A stretch of DNA of 64,000 nucleotides from the human T2T-CHM13v2.0 reference genome, Homo sapiens: the NCBI RefSeq assembly GCF_009914755.1, contig NC_060938.1, one strand, 5' to 3'. The notes under the pieces are model-generated. The model saw only the letters and a program-made list of their open reading frames with translations, was not told the origin of the DNA and did no database searches. Every line of letters starts with the position of its first letter. The first letter of the stretch is position 1. The translations under genes were made by a program, and so were the position numbers. Below are positions 32,896 through 52,781 of this stretch, in pieces.

Positions 32896-33220
32896 TAGTA
32901 TTAAAGGAGAGGTGTTAAGATGTCTACAACTTACTTTCAAATGATTCAGAAAAGAAAAACACATAGGTATAGAAAAAGAGAAAGCATACATGGCAAAATT
33001 GTTAATAAATTAGTGATGTGGATAAAGACTATTATACTATTATAGTATATATTTGATTATTATATGAACTATAAAATTCATTCTTTCAACTTTTCTTTAG
33101 GTTTGAAATTTTGGAAAATAAAAAGTTGGAGGAAAAATGTAAACCGGTAACTAGAACTTATAACATGATAGAACCCTTCTGTCTCCCAAGGCCTCAGCAG
33201 CACAGGGGCAGGGCACACAC

Positions 33221-33310
33221 CTTTGTGGTGAATAGGGCATCTACATCATTCCAGGCTCGAAGCTTGGCACGAGCAGCCAGGGCTGTCAGCACATACTGTT
33301 TATCTGGGAT
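33221..33310 (-). CDS. VIPAS39: VIPAS39 exon 16
   Basis: GT-AG, 90 nt, [15 protein letters not shown]... Confidence 0.95.
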
Positions 33311-33640
33311 CTGGAAAGCAGAGACCGAGAAAAATTAAGGGGAAGTAGAAATACATCAATGGGGGTGCTTAAGAATTTTAGAAAAGACAGACATTAAATA
33401 TTTCCTGATATTGACTCTGCCCCTTAAAAATCAAAAAATTTCTCAGTTCAAGAACTTCTTAATTCCCAAGCCCCAGCACTGCTATAGGCCATTCAGTCTT
33501 CTCTCACTTTCCCAAACTCATTCCTTTCCACCTTTAACCTTGAATATCAAAGGACACACTGTACAGGGTTACAAAGCAACATCCACTCCATGTAGTTACC
33601 CTGATCACTAGTTTCATAACACTGACCAATTTGTATCTAC

Positions 33641-33682
33641 CTTAAATGTCTTCTTCAGGTTGACGGGACTGCTGAATGTCCC
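33641..33682 (-). CDS. VIPAS39: VIPAS39 exon 15 (42 nt)
   Basis: GT-AG, GTFSSPVNLKKTFK. Confidence 0.94.
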
Positions 33683-33990
33683 CTAGGATGAAAGTGAAAA
33701 AGGAACTTTAGTGATATTGACTTTCCCAAGTACCACCCAAGCTCTCATTTTCTTTCCCACTACAGAGACTTTCTACATCTTACTCTGCTGCCATTTAAAC
33801 ATAGAAATTAATTTCAGGGAAAAGCTCCATTGGGAATAGTCAGATACCACTATAAGCTGGCTTATCAAGAACTGGAGTAATAAGTATGGTGCCTTTTCCC
33901 ATTTTCTGCTAATCCAAATAAGGAGAAAATGTCTGCCTGTTATCATGGAATCCATACTTCTTTGAAAAATTTAGAAAGAAAAAAAGAGTA

Positions 33991-34297
33991 GCCAGGCGCG
34001 GTGGCTCTCACCTATAATCCCAGCACTTTGGGAGGCTGAGGCAGGTGGATCACGAGGTCAGGAGTTCAACACCAGCCTGGCCAACATGGTGAAACCCTGT
34101 CTCTACTAAAAATACAAAAAAAAAAAAATTAGCGGGGAGTGGTGGCGCACACCTGTGATCCCAGCTACTCAGGAGGCTGAGGCAGGAGAATTGCTTGAAC
34201 CCAGGAGGCGGAGGTTACAGTGAGCCAAGATCTCACCACTGCACTCCAGCCTGGGCGACAGAGCAAGACTCCATCTCAGAGAAAAAAAAAAAAAAAG
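33991..34297 (+). mobile_element. Alu (S-type)
   Basis: Alu consensus. Confidence 0.95.
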
Positions 34298-34637
34298 TAT
34301 CCATAGCTACTTGCCACCCTACTGCTTTTCTCCACATCATGCTAATCCATTTGATATTGTGGACCTTTGAACAGAGACTTCTACAGGTAACAGCACCAGG
34401 GACAGAACTTGCTATGCTAGCATGCCAGCTCACTTGAAGCTACAAACCTTACAAACCTCTTTTCCCTCCTGGCCAGATGAGGCCCTCTTACACCTGGTGA
34501 GGGCCAGGAAAGCTTCCAGGTGGATTTCTGAGAACTATACATACCCATTATTAATAGAGTACATAAAAGTACTGGATTTGAACTATCTTCTTTTTGTGCA
34601 ATGAGAGTTTGTGGAATCTTCCATATTTTGCCTGTAC

Positions 34638-34772
34638 CTCAGCCTCTGTGTAGTGATAGAAGCAGGAGTAGAAAAGTGTTGTCACTAGTGGCATGTTGAG
34701 GATGGAGGCTTTGCGGGGGTGCTTTCGGAAGATCTCAGTCTGTCCTGCTGATTCTAGATGGCGATCATTTGC
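34638..34772 (-). CDS. VIPAS39: VIPAS39 exon 14
   Basis: GT-AG, 135 nt, [10 protein letters not shown]...YTEAE. Confidence 0.95.
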
Positions 34773-35225
34773 CTGTGGTGGAGTGAGCCAAGTGAAAAAA
34801 AAAAAAAAAAACAATGTCCATGGAGTAGAGGCAGGAGAAAAATCTTTTAATACTACAGCAGTTGTGTTTCCCACCCTAGGAGAGAAACAAAGAACAGAAA
34901 AAGAAAGAAATTGCCTAGGATATCCCCAGAGTAGTTTAAAATCCATAAAATGATCATGAATCCACATTGGATGGAAACAAATAGAAGTGGGGAGGACATG
35001 GGAGATTCGGGATGAAGAAGAAATACTTCCAGGTTAACAGCTGGTAAGAGGAAAAAGGATCCTAAAAACAATGGAGGAAGGGGGCTATTGTGTACAGGCA
35101 GAAAATGAAAGGCTTTTAGAAACCAGTAAGAAATGACCCACGTGCAGAGCATAGAAATCTCCTAGATGCTGAACGGCACTGAGCCTTGGCACTGAAGCAA
35201 AAGATATAGAGATGAAGAGTCTAAC

Positions 35226-35301
35226 CTCAATAATGATCTGACGTTCCAGGAGCGTGTAATGGTCCTGTATGTGTGCGGAATCTTCTGCTGAAAATGGCAA
35301 A
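35226..35301 (-). CDS. VIPAS39: VIPAS39 exon 13
   Basis: GT-AG, 76 nt, [15 protein letters not shown]... Confidence 0.95.
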
Positions 35302-35742
35302 CTGGTAGAGTGCCAGAAGGTTAGTACCTTTCTCTATTCAAACAAGGAAACAAACCCAACTAAACCAAATCGCCAGCATAAGTATAAGAGGCTCACGGTG
35401 CCTCACAAGTCTGATCTCAGTTCACCTTTAGAGCGTCCCTTAAAGAAAGACATCGCATGAATGGCGTGAATTTCATATTAAAGGTTTTGCCAATTCAAGA
35501 GGGATCCTGAGAGTCCACAAAATACTTATAGTCACTCATAATTTTGCTGATAAATGAATTAGAATCCTCTCATTTTGAGAGTTGGAATATTTGGTGAATG
35601 AGTCACAAAGCTAATGAGTGAGCCTAGGCAACTGCCCATCATCCACATCCCAGTGAAATTCTGTGGCTTGTGCTTAACTTACTGAGGGGACACCTAGATT
35701 TGTTAGCCATTTTTTTATGGCAGAGTACAAAAGGTAAATTAA

Positions 35743-36124
<382 letters not shown>

Positions 36125-36499
36125 ACATTATTGTTATACATGAAGATGCTGAGGGACAGCGTCTTGCCAAAAAGTCATGTGGTCAATGGGGAAGGCCAAG
36201 AATAGAAGCCAGATTTTAAATGCCCAGTTCACAGATATATCTTTTAGAAAGTGCTGCATTATTCCCCATACTCTGCTCACTCCAGGAAGAATTCTGAGTT
36301 TTAATTACACTATTCCAGATAAGTTTTAGCCATAGTGAATTTTTAGAAGAGATAAAGAGAGATGCTATAAATTCTAGTTACTTCACTATTTTAACTTTTC
36401 TCCTTGTTTTCCAGAGGCCATATAACATATCTCAGTATTTGGTAACATTAAATGGATTTCACTGATATAATCAAATTTCTAAACATGAAGCCGGGAAAT

Positions 36500-36740
36500 C
36501 ATGTCACATGAGGAATGGTTGAAACAACCATGAGTACTGAACCTGAAGAAGCAAGGACTACTGGGTAGACTCTACACCTGTCTTGAAAGATACAGGGAAG
36601 CAAATTTCAGCTTAACGTAAGGAAGCACTTTCCAATAACGAAGGTTGTTCAAAAACAAACTGAGCTGTTTCAAGAGCAACGGGCATCCTGTCACAGGAAT
36701 ATGTGGAGCTGGGTTTTGCAATAAGTTAAATTCTGGATGA
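36500..36740 (+). mobile_element. L3/CR1 3' fragment
   Basis: tttcagcttaacgtaaggaagcactttccaata resembles the CR1/L3 3' end. Confidence 0.5.
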
Positions 36741-37189
36741 AAGCTTGCCCTGGATCAGTGGTTCTTGGACTTTGGGGTTTCAAGGACCAGTAACACTGAA
36801 AAAATGCATCAGGTCCCTAAAGTATTGCTATCTTTTTATTACCTAAGGTCATAAAAAAAGGTACAGCTCATTTTAGTACCAAAGAAGAAGAGAAGAGTGA
36901 GGACAAAATCCTACAATAAAAGATAACCTTTCAAATTAAATAAATTTAGCTTTAGGAAAAAAAATCTCTCTACATTTGTCTTTTTTTTTCCTCAGTTTAC
37001 CATCAAGCAGTGGAAACTCTGCTGGGGACTAGTGTGTGAACACCACTGCATGAGGTGACCCTGAATGATGCTGGTATGATTCATTGTTAGCCCTCCCCTT
37101 CCTGCCTATCCATTCCACCCTTTTTAATTTTCTTCATTCCTTCTGGGTAAAGGTATTTATACTTAAAATCATTTTTCCCCCATACTTAC

Positions 37190-37263
37190 CCAACACAGGT
37201 TTTAAGAAATTCTTTTCGTTTGTCAGGGTCCTGAATGTTCAAATGCTCTCGATAATGAGATAG
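37190..37263 (-). CDS. VIPAS39: VIPAS39 exon 12
   Basis: GT-AG, 74 nt, LSHYREHLNIQDPDK... Confidence 0.95.
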
Positions 37264-37446
37264 CTACAAAAAGCAGAAAAAGGCTTTGAGGTATTTTGTC
37301 TCCTTAGATGAGGGAGATAGCTGATTAACTGAACTTCCCATGCTTTAAAAAAACAAATTCTTCATTTCTGGGTATAGATGGTTATTGGAGGCGGGTGGGG
37401 GGATAGGCAAAGAGTGACTAAGTATCATTAGTAGGTTTATCTATAA

Positions 37447-37960
<514 letters not shown>

Positions 37961-38839
37961 CCTATAATGAAGCACTGAGTAGATAGAGTACCAAGCTTTA
38001 CCTTTAAGTTTCACTTTAGCCTCAGTATTTAACCAAAAATGAATATTTTGCTTCAGCTTTAGATTTTGAAAAGTCCAAGAGCTAAATACCTATTTCAGTG
38101 TTATTTTTGGCATCCTTGACCATGTACATGATCAATGGTAGTATGATCATGTAAATATCTAACAATTAACATCAGTAATATAAATAGGGCATGTCATTCT
38201 GACTCACTGTTCATAAATATTCTCAGATTGAGCCAACAGATGTATACAAAAATGTAAATGTATATAAAAATGTAAATGTAAAAATGTAAATAACATAAGA
38301 CAGAATAACAGAAATTACATATCGTAATCCAATCTTCGTAAAATAGTTCATATAAAATAGTTGGTATACAATCATTCCTAATATTAAAGAAAGTAACCTT
38401 TAAGAGCTATAGTTAATTTTTTGTTATTCAATTCCATTTCATCCTTAGGTCTTTCAAGAAAAGTTCTACATGGGAAACCTTCATATTCTGTGGGCATACA
38501 CTAAAAGTGTACTATCAGCTTTGCCACTTCCAAAGTTTACAAGGTTGAAAAACTCAAAATCTATATACAACAACATGCATGATAAATCATCTTCAATTCG
38601 AACATAATGAGTATAAAGAAAATAAAGTTTTAGATAAAAATGAGTTACCCAAAACACATTTATTCTCACTAATGAAAATCAAAACAAAAAACTTTATAAG
38701 AATGCTGTAAGAAGAAAAATCCTTATAGTTTTGAACTTACAGAGATTTAAAAATATAAACAAACAGCTTTTCAAATGATTACTACAGGCTGCCAATCATT
38801 TTTAGTTGATTAAGAAAATGGATTTTTCAGATTCTCTCA

Positions 38840-39563
<724 letters not shown>

Positions 39564-40001
39564 TGGAAATTCTTATTCCTGCCAAGTTTTTTTTTTTTTT
39601 TTAACATGAATTGCTGAAGTTTTAATAATACAACTGAGTTTTTGGTAAAATTTCAGATTTATTCTTGTATTCCAGGAGTTCATTCCATGATTGTGAAAAT
39701 CTGCCAAAATTTAATCTTAACGCCTGGCCATTGAATTCTCAGCCAAAACGTGTATTGGGTGTATCATCAACTTGACCTATCTTCCTTCTTGACCTATATC
39801 TGGTTTCTTATCCTCTTAGCCTTCAACATTTTCTTTGTGAGAAGCCAAAACCCCAAAACTCCTAACAACCAGGACCTGAAAACAACCGAAAAACAAATTA
39901 CAAATTGACCAGGCCAATTTTCACATGTTTATTTTTTAAAATTTATTCATAAGCCCAACCAAAAGAGCATATAAAAAGAAAGAATACATCATTTGGATTA
40001 A

Positions 40002-40512
<511 letters not shown>

Positions 40513-41938
40513 TGATGTGTGGCAGTATAACCTCACAAAATCGAGTGCCTCCTCTAGGAGAAACACAATTCAAACTCATTTCCCTCTATACACAAGATAA
40601 ATGGTTGATCAGATATCATTGTTCCCCTGGTCTCTCTGGCTGAACAAAAAGCAAGGACAAGAAGGTACTGCAAGGAACTAATAACTTTGTTAACAGTTCT
40701 GACAGGGAGGCTCAGAGCCACCTACTCTAGCCCACAGAAAACTTGGTTGTTGTTTTTTTTTTCCTAAGATTAAAGCACTATTCTCTGTCAATACAATCTT
40801 GAAAACAGATTTTCTATATTGTTCTTTACTGTTTTCATGGACAGAGTACAATGTGTTTTGTCTCCCCCAGACCTTGGAGCACCAGGACTTTTGTCTTCTG
40901 ATTCTTCTTTACTCTGAATAGACCACCATAATTAACATTACCATTTTGGCATGGAGGTGATGCCTGATAAAGCCCTGTTGGTTGGGAAAGAGTAAGGGAG
41001 GGAAGGAAGGAGGGAGGAAGCAGCCAGCCTCTGTGACCATGTCTTCTTTTGCAAATTCCTGGCTAACATCTGTAATCTTGACCCTAACCAGGTAACCTGC
41101 TTTTCCCCACCTCAGTCTTTTGGGGAGCTCATTGCTGTGCTGGAGTCACTGGATATCAGTCACCTTGGGCCACATGTCAGTCTAAACAGAGGTTCTAACC
41201 CTTTCTCTGACACTGAAGAAAAGACATCATGTGCACATATTTTAATCCAAAGGTGGGAAATAGTCCCCACTGACTGGAATTAGAGGGAAGAAAAACATGA
41301 TAGAAGACCTCAGCCCTCTTTACCCCCAGCAGACATGCCTACCTCTCACCTATCAGAATCCTACCTAGTTTCATAGGCCCATGCAAATCCTAATCACTTC
41401 CATGAGGCTTTCCCTGGGTATCCTGACTGAAAATATTTTCTTCTTCTCTTCTACTGTACTTCCCACTGGTATCACTTAGAATCAAGTAATAAAAGATACC
41501 TTTATTCTAGGTCTTTTGTAAGAAAACACTTAATAAATACTAATACTACAAACTAGGTATTATGCTAAGTGCTGGCTCACATACTAGCCCTTCATCTTCA
41601 TAATAACCCTGTGGGTAGGTGTCGTCATCTCCATTTGATCGATGTGAAAAACTCATGAAGAGGGTTGATAACTTGGCCAAGGTCACTCAATGAATGATGT
41701 GGGAGACCTATAATAGCATTCAACCCAAGTGCATGTGACTCCAAAGCCTGGTTCTTAACCAACTTGCACCTTATCATAAGCTATGCTGTACTGCTAGTTA
41801 TCCCCTCACACTTCAATAGCTTGTCTTCCAAGCACTTCCAGGAAAAGGGCAGTTGGCGTCTTCTATTCCTTTGTATCCCTCAGAGTGCTTTGAAACAAGT
41901 ACTTACTAAACTTTATAGACCAGATGATCAGTTCTTAC

Positions 41939-42041
41939 CTGAAGAGGTCTAAAAGCAACTTTTGATCCCCTATTTCCTTAAGGAAGTGAATAAGATGTCT
42001 CAGGGCAACCTGTCGCACCTCCAGCTCTCGGAAGAGGATCT
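41939..42041 (-). CDS. VIPAS39: VIPAS39 exon 10
   Basis: GT-AG, 103 nt, [11 protein letters not shown]...LDLFR. Confidence 0.95.
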
Positions 42042-42497
42042 CTGTCAGACAGTCAGGAGTTAAGTTGAGAAAGATTAAAGCCAATTAGTCAAGTGTGAAA
42101 TTGGTCTCCCTACTCACACATTCCAAATATTATCTCATCAAACCCTAACAAAAGCTAAGAATGGTTTACCCCTATGTCTTAATTCACCATCAACACACTC
42201 AGCTCATAGCCATTAAATCAGCTTTTCATTTCACACCAACCCAAACAGCAGGCACTTAGCATGGACTCTGACTTCTTCAAACCAACACAGCCATCTGAGG
42301 GGGCTCTGTGGTTAATGTAGTCATCACCCTAAAGGACGCCCTCAGAGATGTGATTTGTGCTCTGAAGTCTCAGGCCACCCCACTTGTCTCTGAAATAGAC
42401 TTGACTAATGAATTCTGGTATGAAAGGCACATGGCATTCTCCCCTCGAATGTGGCAGACACCTTGCTGACTGAAGATTTCCTGCAAGCCATTCTCAC

Positions 42498-42531
42498 CTT
42501 TGCTCAGTGTCCTCTTCAGGAAAATCAGAAC
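42498..42531 (-). CDS. VIPAS39: VIPAS39 exon 9 (34 nt)
   Basis: GT-AG, VLIFLKRTLSK. Confidence 0.93.
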
Positions 42532-42841
42532 CTACAGGAAAAAAGAACAAAGACTGTGCAAACTTTCCAACACAGAGTCATGCCCTGAGCACTACAGACA
42601 CGGGGCCAGCAACTCATTAGCAATCTCTGAAGGTATAGCCAACAGCTCTGTATGTGATGCAAGGAAAGCCAATGGCTATCTGGAACTGAGCTGTGTCTTG
42701 AGAGTCCACACACCCGTGCCCATGCTGCTGAGAGACACCTCCCTCTGAAAGAGGATACGCTCACATCTCTTCTCCCTCAGATTGTTTTATATAACACATA
42801 GTAGCCAACCTTGTGTGTCTTGGTTACAATCAACGGTTTCA

Positions 42842-43434
<593 letters not shown>

Positions 43435-43626
43435 CAGGGTTCCACGCTTAGTGCATGTGGCACCAGCTAAGCCCTTAAAGCACAGATTACTTAGAATCCT
43501 ACACCTCCAAGGGGAATCCAGGATCTTTACTTAACATTTAACACAAAATGTTAGTCTATTTGATTGGATTTTCAGAAACTAGTGAAAACAATAATTAAAC
43601 AAACAACAACAAATCCGACAACTCAC

Positions 43627-43719
43627 TGCAGTAATGACGTTTCCATCATGCATGCTTACTGCCTCTTCTAGGAGTTGTAGTTTGTCCTGTAAGGAGCGGA
43701 ATCTCTCTAGTGAGCAAAC
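43627..43719 (-). CDS. VIPAS39: VIPAS39 exon 8
   Basis: GT-AG, 93 nt, [13 protein letters not shown]...VITA. Confidence 0.95.
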
Positions 43720-43930
43720 CTGGCAGAATAACACTAGAATTAGTACACAAGAAGACAGTTTTCTTTATTCCTTTGTTGCTGGATACTAAAGAATAAGCAA
43801 TAATGAAACAAAATGTCCCCAAGGAGAGTCTCTTTATTTTTACCCTATGGTCCCCAGCACTTATAAAACAGTTGGCTCCCACCACCCTCTCTAGTTCAGC
43901 CTGCTGCCCTATAAGATGCTAATGTCCTGA

Positions 43931-47632
<3,702 letters not shown>

Positions 47633-47872
47633 CTGGCCTCTCACTCTTAAATGTACTTTTCCCTCTCATCCATCACTCTTTCCCCACTACCCCATCAAAG
47701 CAACAGTAATGGAGAATCAGAAATTTTGCCACTGACTTTCAACCTTAGTGGATTTATTTTCCCCCTGAAATTCATTGAACAAATGAGGACTGAAGAGAGG
47801 TCAAGAAATCTTCCCTGTGTGAACAAGCTGCCCAGCTTCCCAAAGAACCTCACAAAAATTCTCTGTCCTTAC

Positions 47873-47929
47873 CTTGCCCTTCCGGAGACGTCGCACTGTA
47901 TCACTGGGGCTCCAGTCATTGCTGTAATC
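47873..47929 (-). CDS. VIPAS39: VIPAS39 exon 7
   Basis: GT-AG, 57 nt, [19 protein letters not shown]. Confidence 0.95.
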
Positions 47930-48671
47930 CTGGAATATTAGCAATACGTGAATCCCAGGAAGTTAAGGAATCAAATTTATCAGCATACCCGCTCCTCAAC
48001 TCAAACTCAGTCTTAGTGTCTAAGGGGGAAATAATTTGTGGGAGGGAATGGATGTGAAAAAAATGAAGAAATGGGACGGTTTTGTTTTGAGTTTCTGAAG
48101 GAACTAGAGCAGGGGCAATATAGATAGGAGGAGATGGATCAAAGAGGGAGGAGCCAATTGACAAAGCCAGTAGCCCCATGCCTACCAGTTCAGGACTGCA
48201 ACCTCTAGATGAATTAGAATCACGTTTTAGGATTCTAACAATTAATGCCTTTGGCCAACAGAAGGAAAGAGAGAGATGTTGGAGACATGTTCCTTTTCCG
48301 ACCTTAGGATATGGTTTCTTCCTTATGAATCAATTTGCTTTATTTGTTTCATGGGAATATGAGCTCTACCAGGCTTCCAGACTGCAGTGATGATCACTGG
48401 GTTTCAAAGTACAGCCTTCAAGTGGGAGCATAATGAGTAAGCAAAGTATGGCAGAGCTGAGTCAGAATATAGAGATTATAAGTCTAAGTTGCACCCTTTC
48501 CCAGCTCTGAGACCCCAGGTAAGCCCTCATGTTTAGAAACCCAGTTTTCTAATCTATAAAACAGGGTTAAAAAAATATCTACTCAAATAGTTGGGAAAAT
48601 CAAGCCAGGTAACATATGTCAAGGTACTTTATACTGTGGAAAGTGTCACACCAGTGTATGCTGTAACTCAC

Positions 48672-48736
48672 CCTATACTCCCCTTTGGGTCTCCCCAGCT
48701 CTGGAGCATAGCTTTTGGCAGGTGTGTCTGACAGAG
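48672..48736 (-). CDS. VIPAS39: VIPAS39 exon 6
   Basis: GT-AG, 65 nt, [22 protein letters not shown]. Confidence 0.95.
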
Positions 48737-49092
48737 CTGAAAAAGAATAAGCAGCTGGTTCAGAAGGGCACCATGAATCCTGCTTGTCATTCCTTCCCTC
48801 TACTTCTTCGTTCTCACATTTTTTTGACTTGTGGGCTCCCAATGTTAACTTTATGGCCAAAAGCAGATCTCCGTTCTTCCCCAAAGACAGCATCCCTAGA
48901 AGTCACCTTTGCCCCTGTAGCTAGAATGATTTCTACCTCCTTAGTCAGTATCAGAAAATTCCTCTAATAATGACAGTAGATGCAGAAGAAAGTTCATCTT
49001 GTCATCTAATTACTACCTGTCCCCATAACTCCCCAGACTGTACCAGATCAGTAACATTTCCCACAGCAATTAAAAGAGGGTTCAATGCCTAC

Positions 49093-49131
49093 CATCAGAA
49101 AGGGACTGGAAACTTCCAGGTCTAGTTCTAC
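49093..49131 (-). CDS. VIPAS39: VIPAS39 exon 5 (39 nt)
   Basis: GT-AG, GRTRPGSFQSLSD. Confidence 0.93.
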
Positions 49132-49309
49132 CTAAAGGTAAAGAACACAAGAGGGAAAAGGTCAACAGTTTCAATCAGAGCCATCCAGGCTTGGTTAAAG
49201 ACACAATGTGTAACCAACTCAATAACGCAATATAGGAACTTAAGGCTTAAAAAAGGTTTTATTCATCTGTAGAAATCTGAAGTGCCATTAAAAAATGGAG
49301 CAGGGAGAA

Positions 49310-50300
49310 AATTTTTTTTAATTATGGTAAAATATACATAACAAAATTTACCATTTTAACCATTTTTAAGTGTATAAGTCAGTAGCATTAAGTACATTCA
49401 CACTGTTGTACAACCATCACCACTATCCATCTCCAGAACTTTTTCATCATCCCAAACTGAGACTCTCTACCCTTTAACCAACTCTACACCCTTTAAACAA
49501 TAACTCTCCATTCCCTCCACCCCAGCTCTTGGTAACCACCATTCTACTTCCTGTCTCTATGAATCTGACTATTCTAGGTCATACGTAAATGGAGTCATAC
49601 AATATTTGTCCCTTTGTGCCTCATTTTATTTAGTATCACATCCTCAAGGATCATCCATATGGCAGCATGTATGGGAATGTCGTTCTTCTTTAATGCTGAG
49701 TAACATTCCGCTGCATGTATATGGCACATTTTGTTTATCCATTCATCCATCAATGGACATTTGGGTTGTTTCCATCTTTTGACTATTGTGAATAATGCTA
49801 CTATCAACATGGAGGTACAAATATATGTTCAAGTACCTGCTTTCCATTCTTTTTGAGATATACCCAGAAGTAAAATTGCTAGATCATATGTTATTTATTT
49901 ATTTATTGAGATGGAGTTTTGCTCTGTCACCCAGGCTAGACTGCAGTAGTGCAATCTCGGTTCACTACAACCTTTGCCTCCCAGGTTCTAGCAATCTGCC
50001 TCCCTCAGCCTCCTGAGCAGCTGGGATTACAGAAGCCCCCACCATGCCCGGCTAATTTTTGTATTTTTAGTAGAGACGGGGTTTCACCATATTGGTAGGC
50101 TGGTCTAGAACTCTTGACCTCAGGTGATCCACCTGCCTCAGCCTCCCAAAAGTGCTGGGATTACAGGCGTGAGCCACCACGCCTAGCCAGTTATATGTTT
50201 ACTGTTTAATTTTTTTTAAAAAACCACCATACTGTCTTCCACGGTGGCTGCACCATTTGGCATTCCCACCAACAAGGTTTTCCAACAGCAATGCACAAGG
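49310..50300 (-). mobile_element. L1MB 3' fragment interrupted by an Alu (49890-50188)
   Basis: minus ORF WKQPKCPLMDEWINKM; typical L1MB 3' UTR. Confidence 0.85.
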
Positions 50301-50565
50301 AGTAGGGAGGAATTTTGATCTAGGCAAATTTTTTCAGTACCAGTCACAGGGTTAATGTCAATTTCATTCATCATGCTATAGAAAACCAGTCCAACTCCTC
50401 TGAATTTCTCTCATTTATCTCGCTCCTAACACCCAGCTGCCACCTCCAATGAGAATGCTTTACCCTTCAATAATCTTTTTCTTACAAAGTAAATGAAAAT
50501 TATGGCCTAAGATTTTTCTGGAAAAAGAGAAGGACTTCCCTATCCATTTAAGCATCTCTCTTTAC

Positions 50566-50712
50566 CTCTAAAAAAGCTGCTCAGGGAGTAGGTAGAAGTA
50601 GGCTTGGGTAGTTGTGCATAGGAGGAGAAGCTGTTTCGGCTCTTTAGCTGTTCACGCCCCTCGTGGGTTGAGCCGCTATTACCAGCAGTCTCTCTGATGG
50701 ACCATGAGATAC
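50566..50712 (-). CDS. VIPAS39: VIPAS39 exon 4
   Basis: GT-AG, 147 nt, [11 protein letters not shown]...SSFFR. Confidence 0.95.
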
Positions 50713-51876
50713 CTGTGAGATAGTAAGAACTACATCAGCAATTCTCATCCACAATAAAGCCTTGACATCCAACATTCAATAAACTCTAAAAGCTTTTCAC
50801 CAGAAGCCCTGGTCCCTTGGCCAACTTGGGGCAGGGAGAAAAGATAGAATCAAATAGACTAATCAGCAGAAAAATGGACCAAGGACATGAATAGGTGGAT
50901 CACAGAAAATTCAAATGGCTCTTCAACATATGAAAAGATGCTCAACCTTACTCTTTTTTCTCTTTTTTTCTTTTTTTTTAGAGACAGGGTCTCACTACAT
51001 TGCCGGAGCTCTGGAGTACAGTGGCTATTCACAATCATATCTAACAGTCATGTCTCACGTCAGCCTCAACTCCTGGCCTCAAGCCATCCATCGCCACTAC
51101 CCTCCAGAGGCACACACCACCTGCCCCCAGCTTTGCTAAGAGTACTACAAATTAAAAATATAATGAGAAACCATTAGTCCCCTATAAGATGGGGAAAGAT
51201 CCAAAAGCTTGATAATACCGTGTTAGCCAGGCTATAGGGAAACTGGAACCCTCCTCCATTGCTGGTGGTAGTATGAATTGGTACAACCCCTGTGGAGGTC
51301 AATTTGGCAATATCTACCCAATACAGATGCAAACATCCTATGTGAGTAATTCCACTCTAAGAATTGCTCTTTCATTTATGCATCTATGGTCAGAATATAA
51401 AGTCAATGATAGAAATATAAAGAGCAAAAGATTGAAAAATCTAAAATTCAACAGTGGGCTGGCTAAAAAATGATGGTAAACCCATACAATTTAATACTAT
51501 GCTGCTATTTAAAAAAAAGAAAGAGAAAATGAGAACACTCTTTATATACTGACATGGAAAGATCTCCAAGCTATATTAACACATAAAAAGAGCAAGGTAT
51601 GAAGCATGCTACTGCTTGTGTAAAAATGGGATAAGAATACATGTTTCTATATACTTTTCCAGATGCAAAAAGAGTCTTTAGATGAATACACAGGAACCAA
51701 GCAACGATTGTTTTTTGGGAGGACATGAACTGAAAACTGAGAAGATACATAACAATATGGAACGGAAACTTTTCACTGTAGACCTTTAATTTTTTTTTTT
51801 TAATCTTTAGTCACATTATAGTATGGCCTATTTTTTAAAAACTTTCAATTAAAAATATTTCTTAAAAATCAGATGG

Positions 51877-52202
<326 letters not shown>

Positions 52203-52289
52203 TTAAGTGGTATCATATACAGCTAAGCAGTGAGACTTGGTGGGTAAGGAAGTCCGTTCTGTCAATCAGTTATTAGTATACTGAGTCAA

Positions 52290-52440
52290 GTCAGTAGTTC
52301 CCAAATATGGCTATATATCAGAATCACCTGCAGTGTTTATTAAAATTTGAGACCCCCTCTACTCCGCAGAAGACCTAATGAACAGAATCTCTGGGATAAA
52401 GCCTAGGAGTATGTCATTTTAACAAGCACCCCAAATGAGA
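52290..52440. mobile_element. MER5A-like DNA transposon
   Basis: cagtagttcccaaa...cagaatcacctg...cagaatctctggg...ttttaacaagc. Confidence 0.6.
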
Positions 52441-52678
52441 ATGAAATAGCCAGCCAAGAGTCAACCCCTGAAGAGCAGACCTATATAGCCATGTGGGAAC
52501 TCCTGCTGGATTTCCCAAGTATCTTCTCCTGGAGTTAAGTTTCCAGATGTATGCTTATCTGAAAATAGTCTTATCCTAGTCCCTCTCCTAACTAGCATTG
52601 AAGAAACAAACAAGTAGAGCCTTCATCAGTGATAAGAATCCTCAACATCTATCCCTGCCTAGGGACTCTTCTACTTAC

Positions 52679-52781
52679 TTCCCACAGGTTCCCCACTCCA
52701 GCTGACTCGCTCCAGGTCATCATCGTCATCATCATCCACGAAGTCTCGGAGGCTGTTCACCGCCCGCTTGGACTCCTTTAA
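52679..52781 (-). CDS. VIPAS39: VIPAS39 exon 3 (poly-Asp tract)
   Basis: GT-AG, 103 nt, [24 protein letters not shown]... Confidence 0.95.

Noticed and set aside
36756-37047. Possible hAT element bounded by CAGTGGTTC...AACACCACTG
   Set aside because: Terminal inverted repeats are short and imperfect, with no clear 8-bp TSD; family cannot be supported.
38125-38290. 10-bp hairpin (tacatgatca/tgatcatgta) and AAAATGTAAATGTA repeats
   Set aside because: AT-rich low-complexity context where such repeats are common.
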